From Nitrospirota bacterium (lineage in GTDB: Bacteria; Nitrospirota; Nitrospiria; Nitrospirales; NS-4), in NCBI GenBank assembly GCA_963788195.1, contig CAWBGA010000002.1, positions 224,001-288,000 of the forward strand: a stretch of DNA of 64,000 nt, read 5' to 3'. This document shows, piece after piece, positions 40,748 through 51,684 of the stretch. The position numbers were made by a program, and so were the translations under genes. The notes under the pieces were generated by a model, which was not told the origin of the DNA, did not search any database, and saw only the letters and a program-made list of their open reading frames with translations. How positions within the stretch are numbered: the first letter of the stretch is position 1; the number at the start of each line of letters is the position of its first letter.

Positions 40748-42072
40748 AAACAGTTGAGGACGTGCAGGGAATTGAAACAATCGCCGTGTACGGACGCGTC
40801 GCGCAATCCGTGGGCCTGGTGATCGAGGGGTACGGACCGATCTCCTCCATAGGGGAAGTCTGCGAGATACGCTCGGGAGACGATCAGGAGGGCATTTTTG
40901 CCGAAGTCGTGGGATTTCGCGGCGAGCGGGTCCTGTTGATGCCGCTTGGGGACGTGCGCGGAATCGGACCGGGAAGCCGGCTCATTCCGCATGGGAAGCC
41001 GGCTTCAGTTCCGATCGGTGAGGGTCTGTTGGGACGTGTCATAGATGGCCTCGGAGTGCCGCTCGATGGACTCGGTCCCCTGGGGCCGGGCCGGGCGTAC
41101 TCGTTATATGCCGAACCCATGAACCCGTTGAGCCGTGCGCGGATCAATGAACCTCTTGATCTGGGCATTCGCGCGATCAACGGATTGCTGACTTGCGGCC
41201 GTGGCCAGAAGGTCGGCATCTTTGCGGGAAGCGGCGTCGGCAAGAGTGTCGTTTTGGGCATGATGGCGCGCTATACGGAAGCGGATATCAATGTCATTGC
41301 GCTGATCGGCGAGCGAGGCCGAGAGGTCAAAGAATTTCTCGAAAAGGATCTGACGGCCGAAGGGCTCCGTCGCTCCGTGGTAGTGGTCGTCACCTCCGAT
41401 CAGCCGCCGCTTGTCCGTATACGCGGCGCGTATCTCGCAACTGCGATCGGCGAATATTTCCGTGATGCCGGGCTGAGGGTCTTATTGCTGATGGATTCCC
41501 TGACCCGGTTTGCCCAGGCGCAACGGGAAATCGGTCTTGCCATCGGGGAGCCGCCGACGACGAAGGGGTATCCCCCGTCGGTCTTCGCCATGCTCCCGCG
41601 CCTTCTTGAGCGTGTTGGGAGCTGTGTGGGCAGTGGCAGTCTGACGGGCCTATATACCGTACTCGTGGAGGGTGACGACCTGAGTGATCCTATTGCGGAT
41701 GCCGCGAGGTCAATTCTCGACGGCCATATTGTCTTATCACGCGAGCTGGCATCGCAGGGACACTACCCCGCTATTGACGTATTGAGCAGCATCAGCCGCG
41801 TGATGCCGGATATTGTGACACCCCAGCACGTCACTTACGCACGGCACCTTGTCGAGTTACTCGCCGCGTACAAACGCGCCGAGGATCTGATCCACCTGGG
41901 CGCCTACAAAGCGGGCACGTCCTCGCGGATCGATCTTGCGATTCGGATGCACGATCCCATTAGGGAATTCCTTCGTCAGGACATGAACGAGCGGGTATCT
42001 TTCGCCGAGAGCCTCGAGGCCTTGGGCCGTTTGGTGCAAACGCCGGCTGAGGGCATGGGAGAATCAGCATGA
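40744..42072 (+). CDS. fliI: Flagellar export ATPase FliI
   Basis: AGSGVGKS, IGERGREV, MDSLTRFA, GYPPSVF, LDGHIVL. Confidence 0.96.
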   Translation: MKTVEDVQGIETIAVYGRVAQSVGLVIEGYGPISSIGEVCEIRSGDDQEGIFAEVVGFRGERVLLMPLGDVRGIGPGSRLIPHGKPASVPIGEGLLGRVIDGLGVPLDGLGPLGPGRAYSLYAEPMNPLSRARINEPLDLGIRAINGLLTCGRGQKVGIFAGSGVGKSVVLGMMARYTEADINVIALIGERGREVKEFLEKDLTAEGLRRSVVVVVTSDQPPLVRIRGAYLATAIGEYFRDAGLRVLLLMDSLTRFAQAQREIGLAIGEPPTTKGYPPSVFAMLPRLLERVGSCVGSGSLTGLYTVLVEGDDLSDPIADAARSILDGHIVLSRELASQGHYPAIDVLSSISRVMPDIVTPQHVTYARHLVELLAAYKRAEDLIHLGAYKAGTSSRIDLAIRMHDPIREFLRQDMNERVSFAESLEALGRLVQTPAEGMGESA

Positions 42073-42602
42073 GTTTGAAACGTATTGTGGAATACCGCAA
42101 ACACGTCGAAGATCTTGCCCGTGGGGAGCTTTTCAGCGTCACGCAGGCCTTTGCGGCTCAACAGAACGCCGTGAGCAGGTTGGAAGAGGACCTGGAGAGG
42201 GTGTTGGAGAAGATCGCCGCGAGCAAGCGCGATACCGTACTGGCTGATGAAGCGCTCAATCTGTACCGTCTGGCCGGCGGGGTGAGTGCCGACCTTGGGA
42301 CTGCGCGGCGCCTGGCGGAAAGCCTGAAGGTGCGGAAACAAGGCAATCAGGAAAGTCTCATTTCTGCGGCGCGAGAATCTCGAATGACAGAGAAGCTAGA
42401 TGCAAAGCGAGATCGTGAAAAGACAGTGGCACTGGATCGAAAAGAGCAGAAGTCGAACGATGAGCTAAGCCTGCACCGATGGCAGGCTCTGGCCGCAACC
42501 GGGCGGCAGGGGAATTTCTTGCCGGAGTCTGACACCAAGCGTTCCGGGTCCGTCCACAAGAAGCGAGGAGGCGGTGGTCAAAAGGAGTCGGGTGGCTCCT
42601 GA
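42069..42602 (+). CDS. fliJ: Flagellar export chaperone FliJ
   Basis: Coiled-coil after fliI; EKL...EQKSNDE. Confidence 0.75.
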   Translation: MSLKRIVEYRKHVEDLARGELFSVTQAFAAQQNAVSRLEEDLERVLEKIAASKRDTVLADEALNLYRLAGGVSADLGTARRLAESLKVRKQGNQESLISAARESRMTEKLDAKRDREKTVALDRKEQKSNDELSLHRWQALAATGRQGNFLPESDTKRSGSVHKKRGGGGQKESGGS

Positions 42603-43150
42603 TGAACCTGACAATCGCCGTAATCCTTGTACTCCTATTCTCTCTTAATACTCTGGCAGAAGAATTGCCTTTGGAACTCATGGGAACGGCACCGGAGACT
42701 GACCCTGTCAAGACCATGAGTGTGCCGTCGGAGACCTTAATGAAACTAATGGAAGCACGTCAGCAAGATCTGGATCGCCGTGAAGCAGTCGTGCGGCGGG
42801 ACGAAGAACGATTGAAGCTGCTGCGTTTAGACGCGGAGCAATTATTCAAGAAGCAGGAAAAGCCCGGCAAACCAGGCGCTACCGTAGCGAAGCCTGGTTC
42901 AGGTGCCGCGGCACCATCAGCGAACCTGGTGCACCTTAGCCAAGCCTTTGAAACCATGCCGGTCGAAGAGGCGGCCCAGCGGATCGACAAGATGAAGGAG
43001 CCCGTGGCCTTAAATCTCCTCGGCCGCTTGAAGGGCAAGACTGCGGGTGCGATTCTCGCGGCCCTTAGCCCCGGAAAAGCCGCACGGTTAGTCGAGAAAC
43101 TCGCAGCCGAACCCCGAACCGGTTCCGAACCATCATTGGAAAGAAAGTAG
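42602..43150 (+). CDS. MotE/FlbB-like (MgtE_N) flagellar protein
   Basis: Signal/TM, coiled coil, FETMPVEEAA...AGAILAALSPGKAA. Confidence 0.75.
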   Translation: MNLTIAVILVLLFSLNTLAEELPLELMGTAPETDPVKTMSVPSETLMKLMEARQQDLDRREAVVRRDEERLKLLRLDAEQLFKKQEKPGKPGATVAKPGSGAAAPSANLVHLSQAFETMPVEEAAQRIDKMKEPVALNLLGRLKGKTAGAILAALSPGKAARLVEKLAAEPRTGSEPSLERK

Positions 43151-43157
43151 GCAGAAA

Positions 43158-44567
43158 ATGGAAGTTGTGAACGCTGTCGTGCCCAATACGCTCGCAGGAA
43201 CCCAGCCCTCAGTGTCAGGAACCCCCGTCAATCCCGGTAGTCCAGCACTTGCCAAGGGCGCTAGCCTCGCAACCGCCGGCCTGGTAGTTGCGGGCACCGG
43301 TGCCACCGTCCCATCTGCGGCGATAGATTCGGCGGCGGCCGGATTACTTTTTGGAATGGTCCTGGCGCAACTCGCCGTTGTCAAGGAGGCCGAGGTCAAG
43401 GAGGCGGATACAGAGGCTGCGGACGTATCTCAGACCCAAGCGCAACCTTCTCCTGACCAGATATCGATGTTAGCCTCGCTCGTACCAGCGCTGGTCACGA
43501 TACAGGTTGCACCTCAAGCTATCACCATGCCTCGCGAAACGTCGGCTGCGGAGCTTAGTGGGATCTCGAGGCCTGGTACCCAGGCAAGCTCTGTGCAGCT
43601 CAACGCGAGCAACGTTACCGCAGAACCCGTATTGTCAACGGACCTTGGTAAGGATCTCAAAGCCGGCCAGCGCCATAACCAAGGGCCGGTCCTCGACCGG
43701 ACGCTACCTGGAACCCCGGCGCCGACTCCGTCTGTGGTCCTGCCCCTGGCTCTAACGCAGGATCAGGAGCAGAGCGTTCAAACATTCATGACCCCGGTTC
43801 CATCAGCAGCAGAGGTGGACAATCAGAGTGAGACCGCTGCGGTGCACGATGCCGGCTTTAATGCGGCATCATTGAGTGCGCTTGCGAAAACCGACAAAAG
43901 CCCTGATCGATCCTCAGCCGCGCTGCCGGCTTCACTCCTGGTTGATGCGATGCCGACAAATATGGACAAAAACCGGAATGACCTCTTGAAGGGTCTTTTG
44001 GAGGACACGACCGGAAGTGTTCTAGAGCTTGCGCCGGTAGTAAGCGACAAGATTCCCACCGAGTTTATCGCCGGTCGCAGCTCATCTCCGGCCCCAGTAA
44101 CAGAGGGGACGGCGCCTCAGGCGACGGCGGTGGTATCTACCCCCGCTGCTTTGCCGACGATAACGCCTCGGGAGACGATTCGTCTCGATCTCGGCCCCTC
44201 GGACCTGGGCCGCGTCACCGTGCAGGTTTCCGTGCAGTCCCAGCAAGTCCAGGCAACGGTGGGAGTAGAACACCGAGGGCTAGGGGAATTTCTTGCCGCC
44301 GGCCACGTCGTCCTAGACCAGGCCATGCGACAGCATGGGCTCCGTCTGGAGGAGCTTCATGTCGAGTCCCTCGTAAATCCAGATATGCTCGGACCTGGGG
44401 ACGGCCGGACCGGATTCCTAGATCATGGCCAATCCCGAGAGGATGCCCCGGGTTCCATGCGTGAGTCTCAGGCCCGACAGGGCTCGGACAGCGAAGCAAT
44501 CATGGCCAACGCCGATCACATCCTTGAACCACTTTCTGGCCGGTATCGCATCAATCTGTTTGCCTGA
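43158..44567 (+). CDS. fliK: Hook-length control protein FliK
   Basis: Low-complexity Ala/Pro/Thr body; C-terminal IRLDLGPSDLGRVTVQV...L...GL; precedes flgD. Confidence 0.85.
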   Translation: MEVVNAVVPNTLAGTQPSVSGTPVNPGSPALAKGASLATAGLVVAGTGATVPSAAIDSAAAGLLFGMVLAQLAVVKEAEVKEADTEAADVSQTQAQPSPDQISMLASLVPALVTIQVAPQAITMPRETSAAELSGISRPGTQASSVQLNASNVTAEPVLSTDLGKDLKAGQRHNQGPVLDRTLPGTPAPTPSVVLPLALTQDQEQSVQTFMTPVPSAAEVDNQSETAAVHDAGFNAASLSALAKTDKSPDRSSAALPASLLVDAMPTNMDKNRNDLLKGLLEDTTGSVLELAPVVSDKIPTEFIAGRSSSPAPVTEGTAPQATAVVSTPAALPTITPRETIRLDLGPSDLGRVTVQVSVQSQQVQATVGVEHRGLGEFLAAGHVVLDQAMRQHGLRLEELHVESLVNPDMLGPGDGRTGFLDHGQSREDAPGSMRESQARQGSDSEAIMANADHILEPLSGRYRINLFA

Positions 44568-44581
44568 AACAAGGAGACTTC

Positions 44582-45244
44582 ATGTTAGAAACAAGTTCTA
44601 TTCAAGGCGCATCAGGGCAGCCGACAGTAATCAAGGGGCCGGACCAGACCCTGGGACAAGACCAGTTCCTCAACCTGCTGGTCGCGCAGCTCAAGAATCA
44701 GAATCCGCTTGACCCGTTCGATGATGCCCAAATGATGGCACAGCTCGCCCAGTTCAGCCAATTGGAGCAGACCAAGCAAATGACGACGGCAATGAATGCC
44801 TTCATCAAGCAGCAAGGCGCCGCAAACGCGACGAATCTTACGGCCCTGTTGGGCAAGCACGTGACCGCGCAAGGGTCTGCATTCTCCTTGACGCCAGGAA
44901 CGCCCTCAGCGCTGTCTTTCAACTTGGAGGGCAATGCCGCAACAGTCACGGTGCAGGTGCTCAACGCGGCGGGAGCGCCGGTGCGTACATGGAATGGCAC
45001 GAATCAGGCCGCGGGTATACAGAATACGATGTGGGATGGCAAGGACGACGCAGGCAACACGTTACCGACCGGTCAGTACTCGTTTACGGTAACAGCAAAG
45101 GGTGCGGCTGGTGTCGCAGTGCCTGCCACGACGCAGACGACGGGTGTCGTCAATAGCATTCGTTACGACGCCGCGGGTCCGGTCCTGATTTTCGATAACG
45201 GGCAGGTCGTTCTTCCGAGCTCAATTGTCAGCGTTCAATCGTAA
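44582..45244 (+). CDS. flgD: Hook capping protein FlgD
   Basis: FLNLLVAQLKNQNPLDP, QLAQFSQLEQ, WDGKD. Confidence 0.95.
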   Translation: MLETSSIQGASGQPTVIKGPDQTLGQDQFLNLLVAQLKNQNPLDPFDDAQMMAQLAQFSQLEQTKQMTTAMNAFIKQQGAANATNLTALLGKHVTAQGSAFSLTPGTPSALSFNLEGNAATVTVQVLNAAGAPVRTWNGTNQAAGIQNTMWDGKDDAGNTLPTGQYSFTVTAKGAAGVAVPATTQTTGVVNSIRYDAAGPVLIFDNGQVVLPSSIVSVQS

Positions 45245-45269
45245 ATAAGCACATAGGAGATACTAGACC

Positions 45270-46959
45270 ATGGGAATTCTGTCAGCACTCTTCGCCGCCG
45301 TCAGCGGATTAAACGCCAACGGCACTAACCTTTCCATCATCGGCAACAACATCGCCAATACCGGCACCGTGGGCTTTAAGTCCAGCCGCGCCAATTTCGC
45401 CGACATCGTCAATTCCAGCTTGGGCGGCGCGTCCGGCTCCACCTCCAGCGGCATCGGGGTGTTCTTGTCCGGCATTCAGTCCAATTTTACGCAGGGATCG
45501 TTACAGACCACCAACAACGCCCTCGATATGGCGGTGGACGGTAACGGGTTCTTTCAGGTGAAGGATAATTCGGGCGCGGCCTTTTATACGCGCGCCGGCC
45601 AATTCAATGTCAACAAGGACGGTGATGTCGTGAACCCCGACGGCTTGAAACTCCAGGGCTTCCAGGCGGACGCTCTGGGACAGATTACGGGCAGCATCGA
45701 CGGTATCAATCTGTCCACGACCACCTCGCCACCGAATGCCACAACGAAGATTGACATTTCGGCGAATGTGAATTCGCAATCCGATCCCGTCGGGGTGGAA
45801 GCGACCCTCGTCTCATCAGCCGCGAGCGCGACAACCAGCGCGGCAGGCAACCTGTCATTTAACATCAACCTCAATGGCGACGGCGCCCAGGTCGTCACCG
45901 TGGCCGCCGGGTTGACCACGAGCCGGGCTGGCTTCGGCGATCCAGACTGCCGTGCGCGCTATGAACGCGGTAGATCCATTCAAAGATGCCGCCTATGACG
46001 GTTTCACGGCCGCATATGACATCAATACTTCGAAGTTCACCTTCACGTCAGGCATCACTGGCGTTCCGAACAGCGCCGGCAGCACCGGCACGGCCGTGGT
46101 CACGGCGGTCGCTGGGGATACGCTGGGAACGACGACGTTCATGACGACCGGCGTGTCAACCACCGGGACCGCTTTTGACATTGCCGATCCGACGTCGAAC
46201 TCGAATTTCTCGACGGCCTTGACCGTCTATGACTCGCTCGGCATCGGCCATGTCATGAACACGTATTTCACGAAGACCGGGACGAACGTATGGAACTATA
46301 ATCAGGTCACCGATGCCAGCGATGTCACGGTGAATGCAGGCTTCGCCTCCGGCGCCAACGCGTTGGTGGCATCCGGGACGATCACGTTTACCACCAACGG
46401 CGCGCTCGACCGCGAGAGCACGATCACGTATCACAATGCAGGTGGCAATGGAATCGACTTCCTTGGAGCCACGGCCGGTCTGGCACTCGAGACGAATTTC
46501 GGGACTAGCGTCACGACGGACGGCGGGACCGGCTTTGATATGACGACGCAGTTCGGGTCACTATCCGCATTGGTGAATCAGGCCCAGGATGGGTACGCTT
46601 CCGGTTCGCTCCAGGGGCTGTCGGTGAACACTATCGGCATGGTGACGGGCCGTTTTTCCAACGGCCAGCTGCGGACGCTGGCCCAGGTGGCTCTGGCGCG
46701 CTTCAACAATTCGCAGGGGCTGTCCAAAGTCGGAAAGAACCTTGTGGCGGAGGCGGGCGACTCGGGTTCGCCGATCATCGGCAAGCCGGACAGCTCAGGC
46801 CTGGGCCGAACACTATCGAATTCTCTCGAGCTGTCGAACGTGGACTTAGGTGAAGAATTCATCAGTCTCATCGGCGCTCAGCGAGGCTTCCAGGCCAATG
46901 CGCGGGTCGTGACCACCGCGGACGAAATTCTCGGTGAGCTCGTCAATCTGAAGCGATAG
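45270..46959 (+). CDS. flgE: Flagellar hook protein FlgE (~562 aa; +1 frameshift near 45924)
   Basis: IGNNIAN..TVGFK, YTRAGQF, VYDSLG, LELSNVDL..E...QRGFQAN. Confidence 0.93.
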
Positions 46960-46969
46960 TCTTCTCTCA

Positions 46970-47003
46970 TGGGCGGGCTGCATGACGCAGCCCGCCCAGT
47001 TTG
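46970..47003 (+). terminator. Probable intrinsic terminator after flgE
   Basis: TGGGCGGGCTGC-ATGAC-GCAGCCCGCCCA then GTTTG. Confidence 0.6.
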
Positions 47004-47037
47004 AGCGGGGGCCCGTCGGGAATCAGGATGCCGCCCA

Positions 47038-47118
47038 AAAGGGGACAGGCTACTTTTTTTCCGGTTCATCAGCCTGCATCCCCCATCCTCACCCCTAAAA
47101 AAGTAGCCTGTCCCCTTT
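47038..47118. repeat. 22-bp perfect inverted repeat (REPIN/MITE-like)
   Basis: AAAGGGGACAGGCTACTTTTTT (47038-47059) and AAAAAAGTAGCCTGTCCCCTTT (47097-47118). Confidence 0.8.
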
Positions 47119-47440
47119 CTATGAGTCGTGGACAGCGCCTTATCCCGTGGTCCCCCTCGAACCTGTCCCGGTTTGTGTTTCTGTATCCCGCGGAGCCTCA
47201 GCGTAGGTTCCGTCAGTCCAGCTGTACTCTCCCTTGCGCAATTGCGCTCTAAATTGACTAAATAAATACACGTGCGAAACATATCCTAACTATGTTCTCG
47301 AGGGGCAATCCTTCTCTTTTGCAACGTCAAGAAGGTGACAACGCCGCCTGACAAGTTTGACGGCGATTGGTGATCTAGGCGGCAGTGGTCCATCTAATGG
47401 GGGTTGCCCGAGGTAGCACCCTCTATATTCCGTGTATTCC

Positions 47441-47456
47441 TGGCATATCGCTTGCT
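47441..47456 (+). promoter_or_regulatory. Sigma54 promoter of fliL-fliA operon
   Basis: TGGCAT-ATCGC-TTGCT, 50 nt before fliL. Confidence 0.8.
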
Positions 47457-47506
47457 CACTCTGTCAAGCGTACTAGGTTATTTTACCAAGGTCGTCTGGA
47501 GGACGT

Positions 47507-48053
47507 ATGGCAACGAAAGAGAAGACCAAAGAGGCGACCGACGGCGAAGGCGCGGAGGCGGTAGTGCCGAAGAAAAGCTCCATGAAGTGGATCATCGTGG
47601 GGGTCGTGGTGTTGTTGCTTGTGGGCGGAGGAGGCGCCTTTGCCTGGTTCAAATTTTTGGCGCCCCATAAGGTGGAGGCGAAAGCGGGACGAGAACAAAG
47701 CCGGGGAGGTGAAAGCCACCGAAGGTAAGCCGGAGGCGGGGACGACCACAAAGATCGGACCCATCTTCGATTTGGACCCCTTTATCGTCAATCTGGCTGA
47801 TGCTGAACCGCGTTTCCTGAAAGTCACAATCAAGCTCGAACTTGACGGACCGCTCGTGAAAGCGGAGGTGGGAGAGCGCATGCCCCAGGTGCGGGATGCG
47901 GTGCTCCTTCTCTTGAGCAGCAAAGAAACCCAGATGCTCAAGCCCACGGCAGGAAAGTTACAGCTTCGCGATGAAATCCTGCTTCGAATCAACGCCCTGC
48001 TGGCGAACGGTCAGGCCAGAAACGCCTACTTTACCGAGTTCGTGGTGCAATGA
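47507..48053 (+). CDS. fliL: Flagellar protein FliL (+1 frameshift near 47687)
   Basis: N-terminal TM, PFIVNLAD...RFLKV, VRDAVLLLLS, YFTEFVVQ. Confidence 0.92.
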
Positions 48054-49036
48054 GCGAAAAGATCCTAAGCCAGGATGAGATCGACGCGCTGTTAAAGGGC
48101 GTTGCCACCGGCGCCGTGGAGACCGAGCCCGAAGGGGGAGACAGAAGCGCCGGCGGCGATCACCGCTTTTAACTTTGCTGGTCAGGACCGAGTGGTCCGT
48201 GGCCGTATGGCCGCGCTGGATATTATCCATGATCGGTTTACGAAACTTTTGACAGCCACCTTCACCCGATCTCTGCATCGTTCTCTCGACGTCAAGATCC
48301 TGGGCACTGAAATCGTGAAGTTTGGAGTGCTGATGAGTCGACTTCCCCTTCCATCTTCACTGGTCATCTTCAAAATGGACCCGTTGCGCGGCAATGGTCT
48401 GCTGGCGATGGATGCCTCGCTGGTGTACCTGCTCACGGACTATTACTTCGGCGGCGGCGGGCAGGGTGACGTCAAGCCGGAAGGTCGGGACTTCACGCCG
48501 ATTCAGCTCAGGATCATTCGCAATATCGGCGCTCTTGCTCTTCTGGATCTGGAGAAAGCCTGGAAGGGCGCCCACGCCATTAAAGCCGAGGTTCTGCGGG
48601 TCGAGAGCAATCCCCAATTCGCGATGGTCATTACGGCTCGCGAATTGGCCCTGGTCGTCACGTTACAGCTCAAATCGCGGATATCACGAAAGAGTTCTTT
48701 CTTTGTTATCCGTACTCCATGCTGGAACCGATCAAGGAGAAGCTCTATGCCGGCTTCATGAACGATCAGTACGAAGTGGATCAGCACTGGGCGATTCGGT
48801 TGCGTGAAGAGATCCAGTACTGCTCTATGGAAATCGCCGTGGAGTTGGGCCAAGCCACGATTCATGTCGAAGATCTCATGGGATTTGCGCTCGGCGACGT
48901 CGTTCTTCTGGACAAGAGCTATGGCGATCCGGTCGTGGCGTCGATCGAGAACATTCCGAGGTTCAAAGGCACGCTCGGTGTGGTGAAGGGACAACAAGCG
49001 CTCCAAGTGGTCTCCATGATCACGTCCGGAGAATGA
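48050..49036 (+). CDS. fliM: Motor switch protein FliM (+1 near 48135 and -1 near 48673)
   Basis: MSEKILSQDEIDALL CheY-binding motif, FGGGG, RDFTPIQ, ESNPQF, SpoA-like C-terminus. Confidence 0.92.
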
Positions 49037-49055
49037 GAGCGCAAGAGGAGAAAAC

Positions 49056-49424
49056 ATGAGTGAGAGCGAAGCCAGTACCGTCGCAGAAGACAAGGCGGCA
49101 GCCGCGGCGGCCGCACGCCCTGCCGATTTCCCGACGCTTGAGCCGACCGCCCCGACCGGCACCCCGAATCCCGTCGACTTTATCCTGGATATACCTCTGC
49201 AGCTGTCTGTGCGGATCGGCTCCACGCGCATGTTGATCCGCGATTTGCTGCAGCTCGGGCAGGGATCGGTGATTGAGCTGGACAAGTTGGCGGGCGAGCC
49301 GATGGAAGTGTTGGTCAACGGGAAATTGGTCGCGCGCGGGGAAGCGGTCGTGGTGAACGAGAAGCTCGGCGTGCGCCTGACGGACGTCATCAGTCCGATG
49401 GAGCGTGTACGGCATCTCCAATAA
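49056..49424 (+). CDS. fliN: Motor switch protein FliN
   Basis: ILDIPL, GSVIELDKLAGEP, ARGEAVVV. Confidence 0.96.
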   Translation: MSESEASTVAEDKAAAAAAARPADFPTLEPTAPTGTPNPVDFILDIPLQLSVRIGSTRMLIRDLLQLGQGSVIELDKLAGEPMEVLVNGKLVARGEAVVVNEKLGVRLTDVISPMERVRHLQ

Positions 49425-49460
49425 GTTCACGGCCACACATCTAACAGAACCGAGGACACA

Positions 49461-49868
49461 GTGGATTTAACAAACAGCTTGGTGAAGATGGTTTCATCTC
49501 TGGCCGTGGTGCTGGCGCTTGTTCTCCTGGCGGCAGCGGTGGCGCGCCGCTGGCTGGGCACAAGCCTGGTTGCGCGGCTTCCGAGGCAATCCATCCGCAT
49601 GGCTGGCTCCCTGGCCTTGGGCGGCCGCCGCAGCGTCCTGGTGATTGAAATAGCCGGGCGCACTCTCGTCGTCGGAGCCACCGCGCAGCAATTGGTGCTG
49701 TTGACCCAATTCGACAAGGCCGATACCGAAGTAATGGACGAGCCCTCGCTTTTCGAGTCGGAGTTTCTCGAACCGCGGCCGCCGTCCCTGGCTGATTCCT
49801 GGCAGGCGCGCTGGGCCCACGCGCTGAGCGACTGTCGGCAGCGGTTCATCGCACGGAGTCCCCGGTGA
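49461..49868 (+). CDS. fliO: Flagellar protein FliO
   Basis: TM then [12 protein letters not shown]...LVVGAT; between fliN and fliP. Confidence 0.85.
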   Translation: MDLTNSLVKMVSSLAVVLALVLLAAAVARRWLGTSLVARLPRQSIRMAGSLALGGRRSVLVIEIAGRTLVVGATAQQLVLLTQFDKADTEVMDEPSLFESEFLEPRPPSLADSWQARWAHALSDCRQRFIARSPR

Positions 49869-50623
49869 AAATGCGGATGTTGGGGGTGATCGGGCTTGTG
49901 ATGCTGATGGCGCTCGGCTGGCTGGGGACTGCTCTGGGAGCGTCGCCTCCCTTGCCGGTGATTTCGATCCAAGTCGGGGAAGCCGGCGCCGGCGGACCGT
50001 CCGTGGCGATGCAGATCGTGCTCCTGTTGACCGTGCTCTCGCTTGCTCCGGCGCTTTTTGTCATGGTCACCTCCTTCACGCGCATCGTGATTGTCCTGGC
50101 GTTTCTGCGACAGGCGTTGGGCACGCAGCAAGTGCCCCCGAACCAGGTCCTGGTCGGCCTCGCGATGTTCCTCACATTCTTCATCATGAGCCCCGTCTGG
50201 GACAAACTTAACGCGGATGCCCTTCAGCCATATTTCGACCAGAAAATCTCGCAAGAGGAAGCGCTGACGCGGGCAGCCAAGCCGCTGCGGCAATTCATGC
50301 TCAACCAGGTCCGAGAGAAAGATCTTGCCCTGTTTGTGCGTATCGCCAAGCTTGCGCCGCCCAAAACCCCGGACGACATCCCGATTCACATCGTGGTTCC
50401 AGCGTTTATCGTCGGAGAACTGCGCACCGCCTTTCAGATCGGCTTCGTGATCGCGATCCCGTTCATGATCGTCGATATGGTCGTGGCCAGTGTGCTGATG
50501 TCCATGGGCATGATGCTGCTTCCGCCGGTGCTGGTTTCGATCCCGTTCAAGCTGGTGCTTTTCGTACTCGCCGACGGATGGCTGCTGGTGGTCGGCTCAC
50601 TGGTTGGGAGCTTCGTGCCATGA
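49865..50623 (+). CDS. fliP: Export gate FliP
   Basis: [34 protein letters not shown]. Confidence 0.97.
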   Translation: MKMRMLGVIGLVMLMALGWLGTALGASPPLPVISIQVGEAGAGGPSVAMQIVLLLTVLSLAPALFVMVTSFTRIVIVLAFLRQALGTQQVPPNQVLVGLAMFLTFFIMSPVWDKLNADALQPYFDQKISQEEALTRAAKPLRQFMLNQVREKDLALFVRIAKLAPPKTPDDIPIHIVVPAFIVGELRTAFQIGFVIAIPFMIVDMVVASVLMSMGMMLLPPVLVSIPFKLVLFVLADGWLLVVGSLVGSFVP

Positions 50624-50889
50624 CGCCGGAGATGGTCATGGAACTCGGCCGCTCTGCCATCGAGACAATGATCTTGCTCTCGGCTCCCATGTTACTGTTC
50701 AGCCTCGGGGCAGGGCTGCTGGTCAGCGTCTTTCAAGCGGTCACGCAAATCAATGAAGCGACCCTCAGCTTTGTTCCAAAGATCCTCGCGGTCTTTTTAG
50801 CTTTCCTCCTGTTTTTCCCCTGGATGATGAGCCTGGGCGTCGGCTACACGGTCACTCTCCTGAACAACATCCCCATGTACGCCAAGTAA
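50620..50889 (+). CDS. fliQ: Export gate FliQ
   Basis: [20 protein letters not shown] overlaps fliP stop. Confidence 0.96.
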   Translation: MTPEMVMELGRSAIETMILLSAPMLLFSLGAGLLVSVFQAVTQINEATLSFVPKILAVFLAFLLFFPWMMSLGVGYTVTLLNNIPMYAK

Positions 50890-50892
50890 CCC

Positions 50893-51684
50893 ATGGCGAA
50901 TCTACTCCCATTGATCCAGGACTACCTCCCGCTGTTTTGGGTGATTTTGATTCGGGTAGGGGGGATTCTGGTTGCGATACCCGCCATCGGCAGCCGCACC
51001 GTGCCGCTTCAGGTTCGGATCGGATTAGTCATCGGCATCACGGTCATTCTTTTTCCGATGGTGTCGGATCATGTTCCCCTCAGCATCTCGTCCCCGCAGA
51101 TTCTGCCTCTCATGTTCACTGAATTCATGATCGGAATGGTGCTTGGGTTTGCGATCCGCTTTGTGATGACTGCGTTCGAGATTGCCGGGGAGCTGATCGG
51201 GGTTCAGATGGGCATCAACTTGATCGGCGCCCTCGATCCTGTTCAAGGGGGGGGAAGCGTCCCGATTGTCGGGCAGTTCATGGGCATGCTGGGCATGCTG
51301 GTCTTCCTCGCGATCGACGGCCATCACATGATGTTTGAAGCCCTCGTAGCAAGTTTTCAGCTTGTGCCTCCCCTGCAGTTCCACTTCAGCGGCCGGCTTG
51401 TAGAAGCGATATTGACCCTTGGCGTCGGCATGTTCGTCCTCGCCTTGAAAATAGGAGCGCCCGTGATGACGGCGCTCTTTATCGTGACATTGGGAATGGG
51501 AATCCTTGGGCGGAGCATCCCCCAACTCAACGTCATGCTGAATAACGTTCCGGTGACCATCGGTGTCGGCCTGCTCGTGCTTGGGCTCTCCCTGCCGTTA
51601 TTCGGGACCATCGCGGAAGCTAATTTGCGCGGTCTCGGTCCGACGCTTCAGGGGCTGCTTTCCTTAATGGGACCTGCGCAATGA
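50893..51684 (+). CDS. fliR: Export gate FliR
   Basis: AGELIGVQMG, DGHH, PQLNV. Confidence 0.95.
   Translation: MANLLPLIQDYLPLFWVILIRVGGILVAIPAIGSRTVPLQVRIGLVIGITVILFPMVSDHVPLSISSPQILPLMFTEFMIGMVLGFAIRFVMTAFEIAGELIGVQMGINLIGALDPVQGGGSVPIVGQFMGMLGMLVFLAIDGHHMMFEALVASFQLVPPLQFHFSGRLVEAILTLGVGMFVLALKIGAPVMTALFIVTLGMGILGRSIPQLNVMLNNVPVTIGVGLLVLGLSLPLFGTIAEANLRGLGPTLQGLLSLMGPAQ

Noticed and set aside
31481..49036. Flagellar system pseudogenisation
   Set aside because: Same +1 indels hit nuoC and priA; no nonsense codons noticed and motifs are intact
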